Positions 53,680-64,000 of a DNA stretch of 64,000 nt are shown here, piece by piece. The stretch covers positions 2,046,001 to 2,110,000 of the forward strand of contig OZ024750.1 of the NCBI GenBank assembly GCA_964016885.1, read 5' to 3'. The notes below the pieces were generated by a model, which saw nothing but the letters and a program-made list of their open reading frames with translations, was not told the origin of the DNA and searched no databases. Position 1 is the first letter of the stretch, and each line of letters starts with the position of its first letter. Position numbers and translations under genes: made by a program. This DNA is from Eledone cirrhosa. Lineage: Eukaryota.

Positions 53680-55077
53680 ATGTTTACAATGACATCCCCT
53701 CTTGATAAAAATCTTTCTGCAGTATCATCACCCGACTCTGCATTCAGTGAAGGTTCAATGAATGATTTTGATTTTGAAGACAATTCACAATTTGAAACTT
53801 TAATAAGTCAAATAATGTACAATTCTGAAGATGTACAGAATGACATGATGAGTTACTTTCAGTCAGAAACACCATCAAGTGAAGAGATTGCTTCATTTGA
53901 TGTTGATAACTTCTTCAAATCAGATCTCATCAGTGATGACTTTTTTTCAGGTGATCCAAACACATCCATTTGTACTACTGTATACCATGAAAATCCAAAT
54001 GTATTTGAAAACAAATTAAAACCTGTATTTGATGATATTGCTTTCTCTTCCCGCAATATTTCAGATGCCACTGATAATCAACTATCACTTGGAGAAATAA
54101 ACAGTGCATTTGATCAAGCTTTTGATCAAGCATTTGATCAGCCATTATTTGGTAATCAATCTGAACTAATCGAATCAAATTACTTCAATGACAAAGATGA
54201 TCCAGTATCTGTGTTTCCTGATAATCAAAAAAATCCTGAATCATCTTATTTGTTTCCAAATCCCTCTCTTTCCACTGCTATATCTTCCAGTTTAACGTCA
54301 TATCATACAAAATGTCAAAAACTAAATAACTGCTTTCAAGAATGTGAAAGTAAGTTTTGTAGTGAGCCTAATTTAGGGAAATATACAGCAAAATGTAATT
54401 CGGTTCATGCAAATCTACATGGATATTTCAATGACAAGCAAGGAGATAATTGCTCTTCTGCTCCAATGCATTTGTTGCCTCCATCTGATTCATCTTACGG
54501 TGTTGATAACAATTCATTCAACTATAATCAAACCAAAAGTCCAAAAACCTTTAAAAAGAAGGACGTGTTTGCCGTACCTAAATCACCAAATGTTATTTCA
54601 AAGACTAGCTGTCTCCAAAAGGTCCTCACAGGTCATCTGTCATGTGCTTTGTCACCTTCTTCTTTCAATTTCTCACAACACCAACCAAGAAGTTTGCAAG
54701 CAGGTTCATTCCCAAACAAACCTGATAGTCGATATTTTAGCTATATGCAGAGTTTAAAACATAAACAAAGTGATAAACAGGTACACATTTCCAATTCAAA
54801 AAAGAATATGTTTAAGTCAAATACATCCACCCATGGAAATTCTCCTAAAAAAGAAAATGTATCTGAATTAGAGAAATACTTGCGTGGAATTATCCCAATG
54901 GGTAAAGACAATGGTGGTTTATCATATTTGAGTGATGCCTCATCAAAATTAAGTCATATGAAAAAAAATAAATCAACATTTCTGTATAAACTTCTGACAG
55001 GTGAAATATCTCAAGAACTCTATAGTGAGATTGATTACAAGCTACGAGAAACAGAGAGAGCAAATTTAGCCTCTTGA
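53680..55077 (+). CDS. Uncharacterised 465-aa protein, whole CDS in one exon; acidic N-terminus, Ser/Asn-rich, C-terminal LxxLL-type helices (possible transcriptional co-regulator)
   Basis: 1.4-kb non-repetitive ORF in AT-rich DNA; polypyrimidine tract and acceptor ttttcatctttttcag| ending at 53559; in-frame stops upstream of ATG 53680; motifs SPDSAFSEGS, LQKVL, LEKYL, LYKLL; AATAAA signals at about 58214-58390. Confidence 0.8.
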   Translation: MFTMTSPLDKNLSAVSSPDSAFSEGSMNDFDFEDNSQFETLISQIMYNSEDVQNDMMSYFQSETPSSEEIASFDVDNFFKSDLISDDFFSGDPNTSICTTVYHENPNVFENKLKPVFDDIAFSSRNISDATDNQLSLGEINSAFDQAFDQAFDQPLFGNQSELIESNYFNDKDDPVSVFPDNQKNPESSYLFPNPSLSTAISSSLTSYHTKCQKLNNCFQECESKFCSEPNLGKYTAKCNSVHANLHGYFNDKQGDNCSSAPMHLLPPSDSSYGVDNNSFNYNQTKSPKTFKKKDVFAVPKSPNVISKTSCLQKVLTGHLSCALSPSSFNFSQHQPRSLQAGSFPNKPDSRYFSYMQSLKHKQSDKQVHISNSKKNMFKSNTSTHGNSPKKENVSELEKYLRGIIPMGKDNGGLSYLSDASSKLSHMKKNKSTFLYKLLTGEISQELYSEIDYKLRETERANLAS

Positions 55078-55439
55078 TGAAAGTTTTGGGGGGTTTTTTT
55101 GTTTTGTTTTTTTTTGAGAAAATTTGATATACACATATATAGTAGAGATAGTGTATACTAAAGCAAAGCTGGTGTGATAATTTTTATGATAATATAATGA
55201 AAAATAGAAAATTTGGGATTTATATTTTGTTTATATTTTTTGGTAGGTAGATTAAAAATTACTCGAGTGAATAAACAAGAATTATTTATTTGGATTTCAA
55301 CAAAATTATGCATTTTAAACGAAATTATCAAGCTTTCTTCCTTCAAAGTAGTAGTTTTAGTGCTAATATTTTGGAGTGAATTTTTGTAGAATGCTAGTAG
55401 TGTTTTTGATTTGAAGTTTTAATGCATAGAAGCATGCAT

Positions 55440-56288
55440 ATAAATGCATATGTATATGTGTACAGTATATATATATGTGTATATGTATGATTATATATGT
55501 GTATGTATACATATGTATATATATGTATATATATATATATGTATGTATATGTATCTATGTATATATATATGTATATATGTATATGTATCTATGTATATAT
55601 ATGTATATATGTATATGTATTTATGTATATATAAGTATGTATGTATGTATATCTATCTAAGTATGTATATGTGTGTGTATGTATATATATACACACACAC
55701 ATGTATATATATATACATATGTGCATATATGTATATATGTATACATATGTATGCATATTTATATATATACATATTCATATATGCATATTTATATAGATAG
55801 ATAGATAGATATGTATGTATATATTTAGGTATACAGATATATACATTTGTATTCATATATTTATATATATATATATATATATACGCATACATACCTACAT
55901 GCATATGCATATGTAATTATATATGTGCATGTGTATATATATATATATACACATACACACATACATATATATATAGACATATACTTATTCATGGGTGAAA
56001 TTTAGAGCCAGTAAAAGACAGCAGCCTGCTGGATTTGATTATTAATATCCTCTAGTTTAGTAAATGCTCTGCTGTAACCAAAATTCCACAATCCAGTTGA
56101 AAACTACAAACACCACTCATTGGTTCATTGAAAGTGATATGAAATTTCTGTTTATTAAGTAATATAACTATTACTTGTAATGGGGCCAGTGGTGACATAT
56201 CTTCTATGGTCTATAGATTGCTAGCATAAGTTTCACAGAAAAACAAAATACTTTTTTTTTCCATTTATATATATATATAGATAGATAG

Positions 56289-56330
<42 letters not shown>

Positions 56331-56970
56331 AGGGAGTGTAATTTGGAGTTACTGTAGGTTCACCCGGGTGAGCACTCGATGTTTATTTATATATTTATTT
56401 ATACATATATATATTTATATATTTATTTATACATATATTTATATATATATTTATATATATATTTATTTATACATATATATTTATATATTTATTTATACAT
56501 ATATATATTTATACATATATATTTAATTATATATTTATATATTTATTTATACATATATATTTATTTATATATATTCATAATTATTTATATATATTTATAT
56601 ATTTATGTATATATATATATATATACATATATCATTATTTTTTTGTTAAAATGCAGTATTATATAAGGTCTGTGTAGATATTGTTGAGTATTTAAATATT
56701 AATAAAGACCATATAAATATGAATAAGGGCTGTATAAATATGCAATGGAGCATCGCTTGTAAACATAAATACTGACAAGATTAGGAAAAAATAGAATAAT
56801 GAATAACTATCTATCATTCTCTGCTTAAAAAGATCTCTATACAAGTTTCCAGGTTTGATCCTACAACATGGCACACTTGAGTATCTGTCTGTCTTTTTCT
56901 TTTACTATATGTATATGTATATATATGTATAGGTATTTATGTGTGTGTGTGTGTATGTATATATATGTAT

Positions 56971-57008
<38 letters not shown>

Positions 57009-57570
57009 GTATATATATATATATGTATTTATATATGTATTTATATGTATATATATGTATTTATATGTATATATATGTATTTATATATGTATTTATATGT
57101 ATATATATATATATGTATTTATGTGTATATATATATATGTATTTATGTGTATATATATATATGTATTTATATGTGTGTGTATATATATATATATGTATTT
57201 ATATGTGTGTATATATATATATATGTATTTATATGTGTGTATATATATATATATGTATTTATATGTGTGTATATATATATATATATATTTATATGTGTGT
57301 ATATATATATATATGTATTTATATGTGTGTATATATATATATATATATGTATTTATATGTGTGTATATATATATATATGTATTTATATGTGTATTTATAT
57401 ATATATATATTTATGTGTATTTATATATATATTTATAGATGTATTTATATATATATATATTTATGTGTATTTATATATATATATATTTATAGATGTATTT
57501 ATGTGTATATATATACACACATGCATATATATATATATATATATATATATTGTGTGTGTGTGTGTGTGTT
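55440..57570. repeat. Extensive TA/TG-rich compound microsatellites in the presumptive 3'UTR or downstream region of the orphan gene
   Basis: Blocks at 55440-55985, 56265-56630 and 56905-57570. Confidence 0.9.
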
Positions 57571-59812
57571 GGTGAAAGATGCACTACACATTGGTGATAA
57601 AATTGTCTATTATACCAACAAAAACGCTGAGGTATTGATTCCACTCAATCTCAAGATATCCCTTATCTCTTTGACTACAGAAATTTTAGTGAAGCAGTGA
57701 TTGGATCATTGGAAACCTGTAATGAATGATGTTATTGTTCATAGAATGCATGATAGAGAATAAATATAACTAAGAGCTGTTGGCTGTGTTAATGTAAAAC
57801 TTGAACAGATACACAAAACATCCAGTTTTAAGAAAAGAGCTGGGAAATTGTTGATTGTTAAAACAGAAACTCAGGGCTGTATGTATGTGGTTGTAGTTGA
57901 GAATGTGGATTAATTGAGTGACAAATAGTTGTTTGGTGATAGTCAGTGTATAGGTCAATGACCATGGAAAACCCGAAATTCAGTAATTCAAGCAAAGTTC
58001 CATGACTATATAAGCAGGAAAATTTAAACTGAAGCCATCCAATCTATGTAAGCATGAGATAAATATTGTGAAAATTTGAATGATAATGATTTTATTTTAT
58101 TCTCTCAAATATTTTATTTATTTATTTACATTTTTATCTCCTGTGATATCTTTCAAAAAGCACAAACTTAAAAAAAAAAAAGACATTTAAGTTTATGTAT
58201 CAATGAATGAAAATAATAAAAATTTTAACAATAAAATGTCATGTTTAAACAATTCTCCTAATACATTCATAATTTCATTTTATGGAGAATATAAAATCTG
58301 TCATTTCCTGTGTCAATGTGGAGTCAGAGGCAGCACAGCTAAATTCTAAAGTTTAATAGTACAATACTATCTCTTTACATTCAATAAATAGTACAATACG
58401 ATCTCTACATTTGATAAATAGGCATTCTGTTATTCATTTTTGAATAAACTAAGAAGCAAGCCAGTTATTAAAATTGGTTATATCATTTCATTCTGCCAAA
58501 GTGCAGAAGATATACCGTAATAGAATTATAATAATCATTGTAATGATTATTTATGAATTTTTTTTCCCATTTATCGTTTATGAGTAGAAAGTGAAAACTA
58601 GTTCATTTTTTTTTTTATTTTTCACTAAATGAAAAATTTTTTTTTTCCTAGTATAAAATCGCATATAAATAATAAAGAATTTAATATTTAATCAAACATA
58701 AAGAAAGAGAAAATATCATTGCAAAAGACTATAAATGAGAAGGAAAAAAAAGAGGAAAGGGCTATCAACTGAATTTAATGCAAAAGAAGGGCAATAACCT
58801 TGATGGTGATTTTTGACTAATTTAGTGGTTTTCACTTATTAATGCTACATTATTCTGGTGTGATACAAGCTGCTAGGTGTGGTGAGATATTTTCCAGAAG
58901 CATCTAAAGCATCTTAACTTTGAAAAACAATGCCTGCTTTGCATTTATTCCTAAGATTATCTCCAAATTTAACTTATTAAATAGAAATGGTTGTAAAGCA
59001 TTGAAATAATTCAGTAGTAGAAAAAGTATCATATAATCCTGAGCACTCTAGAGTCAGCTCTCACTAAGCTGAGTCCTCAATATAGTTTTAGTTTCCAGTT
59101 GTAGTTATATCACTTTACTTGTATGTTGCTAATGCCTGAGAGAAAGACATGAATATTACACAATCTTATTTCCTCTCAACTATAAATCTGGGGAGTTATG
59201 GTTATACCAGAAATACATATTTCTGAGCTTTACATGTGCACTATAACCAAATTTGTTAGACATGAATGCAGAAAAATAAAGCCTCTTTCTAAGATGACAT
59301 GATGAATAAAACATTAAAATATTAAACATTATTATCATTGTCCTTAACCTCATTGTCATCATCATCATCATTGTCATAATCATCATCATCGCTATTATCA
59401 TCATCACTACCACCACCGCCACCACCATTAGTGCTATTACGAAATCAGATTTGGCTGGAGGTAGAGTTCCATGATATTATGTTAAATAGTTCTATCCTTG
59501 ATCTCCTCCCTGACACATCAAGTTTTGGCATCAAGTCATTGGATGAATTAATCTCAATACATTAGTCCCTCTAATGAAACTATTACATTTCTCCCTACAC
59601 TTTATTTGTAATCTCTATGGAATTCCACTGAGTGCCTTCTTTTAGAAGGTTGGCCTCTGACAAGTGTGCAGTGATCTAATAGGTCAACTGTTTATAAATA
59701 AAGTTTACAATTTAAACATTTGAATGAATTGGCTTCTTTTTTTTTTAAAACATTATTTTCATTTACTTTTCTCTCAGAAAAAATTATAGAGCACCCAAGT
59801 ATTGTATAGTGT

Positions 59813-60127
59813 CAGTGCTGGTGTCAATATAAAGCACCCTACCTATCTTGTAAAGTGGTAGTGCTGGTGCCACAACATAAAGCACCCAACCCAACCAGTA
59901 AGGTGGTAGTGCTGGTGTCATACTAATATCCACCAAGATTGCTCTGCGAGGTGGTAGAGTTAATAAAATATTCCCAGTCTACACCGTAAAGTTGTTGGAA
60001 GGGCTTCCAGGCATAGACACCAAAGACACCAGCAAGACATTGTCACCTGACCTGTCTGGATTCAACACGTGACAATCTATCTAATCCATGCAATGATGGA
60101 AAATAGATATTAAACTGTGATGAGGAT
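59813..60127 (+). mobile_element. Bipartite RTE-derived element with ~4 tandem ~48-50-bp copies of the UTR motif
   Basis: AGTGCTGGTG.CA...AAAGCACCC...GTAAAGTGGT repeated, then GGAAGGGCTTCCAG and the RTE-type tail. Confidence 0.65.
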
Positions 60128-60865
60128 GGTGCTACTGCTGTTGGTGCTGCTGGTGAGCAGGACCAGAAGATCTTTTTTTACTTCATCAAGTGTTATGAGT
60201 GAAGCGTGTTGACGGCCTTGCACTTAAAATTCTCTGTGTTTTTTAATCAAAACAAATGAAGAAACAGTAAATATACTTATTCTGTAGAATATGAAACAAA
60301 GTATTTTAAATAAATTTTATATTTCAAAAGTATTCAAACTGTTATTAATCTTCACCGAGAAAGTCAATCTAAACATTATTTAAACAATTTGTGAAGGTAC
60401 ATATGTGATTAACAAATATTTGACCAGCAGTGAAGCAATAGGTAACAATCTTTTAATACATAATTTAAATGCAAAGAAATTAAGAGTTTGTAACCAAAGT
60501 GGAGAAAAAAAGGCATCAGTTCTTACCTTTTATGGGACCTCCAAGGAAGGCTGGGAATGGAGGGAGGAAGAAACTATGATCCATGAGTTACTGCAGTAGG
60601 AAACGGTACAAGATACAGAATTATTCTGAGATGTGGAACCTGGTTCAAATACAACAGAATAGACTGTTACAAATGTCCAACAGACAAGAAGTGGTGTTAA
60701 ACCAGCTGCCATGCTTCTACAGTTTCCATCTTGCCAGTTTCACACATAAAGTTTCAGTAAACCTGGGGCTTTGACAGAAAACTCTTGTCCAAGGAACTGT
60801 GTAATGAGACCCACCCACGATCTCATGTGTGAATTCAGTTATACTTTTATATCTATATCTATCTA

Positions 60866-60920
<55 letters not shown>

Positions 60921-61764
60921 TATATTGACAGTCGATCGACTAGATCCCAGACATCATTCGTTTAATGAGTGAGGTGGAGCTTGTCAAATCGGACCGAGGA
61001 AACAATGTTTCCATTGGTCTTTCCAAAAGATAACATAAATGTGGATAAAATCATTAGCATACAATGTTTCTAAACCAAGGACTAATCTTAAACTTTAATA
61101 AATAGAATGAAGCTAGACAGATCTCAGGTGAATACCTAGTTGTTCACTAAATTCTTTATTTAGTTCACTTCCAATTCCTTGCCTTAAACAACACTTATAA
61201 GATAACTTTCTTAGCATTCAAAATACTACTGTACTTAGACATTATCTAATGTGAAATATTGTTTTTTATGCTTGTAATATGACAAAGGAAATCAGCTTGG
61301 TAAGGTACATCCTTCTTTTCCTATTTTAAAAGATAAATGTAAAATTGTGATGTGCATGTCTTTTTCACAAGGAAGTGAACTGACTCCAACCAATAATTAA
61401 AACTAGGTCACAGACTGCTTTGCTACACATCAAACAAACCTATTGATCAGAGGAATCCCAAGATACTTAATTTGCAAAAATATTGATCTTGAAAGGAAAA
61501 CAAAATCCTGAACAAATATCTAAATTATCAGTTTTCTGAAACAATGAAAAATGATACAACCGTAAGAGAACATTTAATTCTATAATTATCTCGAGGCTTT
61601 ACTCTTATTCAGGTGGATTTCTCAAAGGTTCATGCAATTAACTACTATCCAGACACTGTGGTTATTTCATTTGAAGTTTGCTGTTTAGAATAATTGCATA
61701 AACTTTAGTTAAAAAAAAGAAAAAAAAAGCTGTATGATGGGAAGATACACATAGGTTCATATAA

Positions 61765-61969
61765 TGGTTTCTGGTTTCTGATTTATTTTTTTGGGGGAGG
61801 GGAAAGTTTATTAAATTGACCCCAGTGCATGACTGGTACTTTATTTTATCGACCCAGTAAGGATGAAAGGCAAAGTTAACCTCAACAGGATTTGAAATCA
61901 GACCATAAAGGACCATAATTCTATGCTGCAAGGCATGGTGTCTGATGCTCCACCGACACTGCCACCACC
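61765..61969 (-). mobile_element. tRNA-derived SINE (family A, long variant)
   Basis: Consensus match on the minus strand. Confidence 0.82.
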
Positions 61970-62407
61970 TTAACTTAAGTTCATATAATATAAACAATTT
62001 CAGAATTTAGGTTATAAAACATAAACAACAATCAAAGTTATAAACACTAAATCGATATAAGAGGATCATTTATAAATCAAGATTAACAAGAAATAACAAT
62101 TTAAGCCAAGTATCTATTGATATTTAAACATTGCTAATGGATTATGTTCAGTATGTGATAAATTCATTTAATTGAATTGAAAGCCCACACCAAAATAATT
62201 GATATTCAACAACTTTATTTTAGCAATAAAACATTACACATTTCACAGTTCTCTTCATACAAAATAATAAATTTTAAAAAAATTCTAATTTTCTTATTAA
62301 CCTGATTGCTCAAAAGTTTCGAATTCTGAAAATAATTCTGGAAAGTTTTCTGTATTATTTTTATTTTAAATTACAAAAAATAATATTTTTGATTACAAAG
62401 GTTCTTG

Positions 62408-63355
62408 TCAGTGATTAATAGGTTGCACTGTGGCCCTCTTGAAACAAGTATTCAGACGTAACATACGGATAAAGGCATTTCGGAATTTTGGCACTTTCCA
62501 TCCATATATAACTGGGTTGACAGCAGAATTAAGTAGCTGGATTATGATAGAAAAACGAATCAGAACTTCATTTGCATCCGGACTACTAAATACCTGTACC
62601 ACAGCCAAAATGCAAGCTGGGAAGTTTAAAATTCCAAAAAGTATGGTGATGCAGCACAATTTGTAAGTAAAACTAATGTCATCTGGACGGTGACCTGTTA
62701 CTGACACAGCGGAGTGACGAGCATAGTAGAAAATACGGGCGTAGAAATAAAGAGTTAATAACAATGGTGAGAAGAGTAATGACAATGGCACCATTAAAAG
62801 GGCTGAAATTGTAGCATTTCCTCGCAGAAAAACACAAGCACGTGTCTTGTTGTCATAGGTTACATTAAGTGCTCCAGTCCACATGACTGCCATGAAAGAG
62901 GCACCAAAAGCCAAACACCAAACTGTTGATAAAATGAGGAACACGTTACGTTTAGTAAAAGTGTTCTCGTACTGTGATCGAGTCTTCATCGTCAACACAA
63001 AACGATTATATGAAATGGCTGCTAATGTATTGATTGATGTATAGACAAATGTGGCTTGTGCTACCACAGTCACATGACATAAGCCAAAAGGTTGTCTGGC
63101 AAACATCATCATGGTCCGTAGAGGAATTACAAAAAGGCACAAAATTAGATCCGCAACTGCTAAATTACATACAAAAGACTTGGCTTTGGTTCGAAGTTCA
63201 TCAAACAAAAATATAGCCAGAATGACTAAAGAGTTGCTGAAGGTACCCACAGCTGAGATTAACCCCAATAAGGTGACTTGTAGGGCTACAGTCCAGCAAC
63301 GTGCAAAGTCACACGAGCTGTCGGAGTTCACTTCTTCCATGGTTAAGTTATCCAT
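62408..63355 (-). CDS. Intronless class A (rhodopsin-like) GPCR, 315 aa, NRF variant of DRY (melatonin-receptor/Tre1/Moody-like grade)
   Basis: Seven hydrophobic segments; TM1 GTFSN, TM2 NLAVADL, TM3 Cys and ISYNRF, TM4 Trp, ECL2 Cys, TM6 LNFP, TM7 NSAVNPVIY, helix 8 FRNAF; N-glycosylation sequon NLT at the N-terminus. Confidence 0.93.
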   Translation of the reverse strand: MDNLTMEEVNSDSSCDFARCWTVALQVTLLGLISAVGTFSNSLVILAIFLFDELRTKAKSFVCNLAVADLILCLFVIPLRTMMMFARQPFGLCHVTVVAQATFVYTSINTLAAISYNRFVLTMKTRSQYENTFTKRNVFLILSTVWCLAFGASFMAVMWTGALNVTYDNKTRACVFLRGNATISALLMVPLSLLFSPLLLTLYFYARIFYYARHSAVSVTGHRPDDISFTYKLCCITILFGILNFPACILAVVQVFSSPDANEVLIRFSIIIQLLNSAVNPVIYGWKVPKFRNAFIRMLRLNTCFKRATVQPINH

Positions 63356-64000
63356 TCACAAAGCAATCAGTTAAAATTCAGAAATAAATGTTTAAATTTT
63401 TATCAACAGCAACAACAATAGTAACAATAACAACAAAAGAGAGAAATACATATATACATACATATATATGTGTGTATGTATGTATATATGTGTGTATATA
63501 TGTCTGTCAGGAATTGGAGAAAAAGGAAGAAGAGATGAAGAAGAATATATTGAACTATAAAATCAAAACCTTGAATAAAGTCTGGGTAAAATTTGAATTA
63601 ATCAATGTTTTCTGCACATATCAATGGCTTTACAGTTGTAGTTCCACAGTTTGGTGATTTGGAAGAGAAAGACAAAGTGGAAATCGTTTTCCAAGCTAAA
63701 GTATGACTTTCATGTAGATTTTACAGAATCTTTTGCATTATTTAAAAGACGGTTCTTTATCGTCTTATAAAAAGGAAGTTTATTTTCAATACAGCAGCTG
63801 AAAACGTTCATTATTGATATTTTCTTAGTTTCTCAATTGGGATGATATTATATAGACTGAGTGCTGGATAACTATACATGTGTTTGAACTAACAAAAATA
63901 TTTGTACATTGATGTACAGATTTTGTAGCTACTATAAAGGTATAGATATTATAAGAGCAGAGCAGAATTGGTTCTGTGTATATTTTATTAAATGTGAATA

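Overview
AT-rich, microsatellite-dense animal genomic DNA. The repeat repertoire (RTE LINEs with (ATG)n tails, abundant tRNA-SINEs, long (TA)n/(CA)n tracts) suggests an octopus or other coleoid cephalopod; this is inference. Two convergent host genes lie at the right end: a single-coding-exon, 465-aa orphan protein (53680-55077, +) that is acidic and disordered-looking with LxxLL-type motifs, and an intronless class A GPCR (62408-63355, -). A candidate promoter and 5'UTR exon for the orphan lies about 35 kb upstream (~18.0-18.23 kb). The rest is mobile DNA: two young RTE LINEs with a PHD-finger insertion in the RT region, older RTE and Penelope-like remnants, at least 10 tRNA-SINE copies, RTE-derived bipartite elements, TTAA-flanked piggyBac-like MITEs, several Tc1/mariner-type MITE families, and minisatellites seeded by these elements. 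The most striking structure is a 152-bp-arm palindrome (6245-6554) carrying a minimal type I hammerhead ribozyme, intact in one arm and core-mutated in the other. All calls are by eye; no searches were run.
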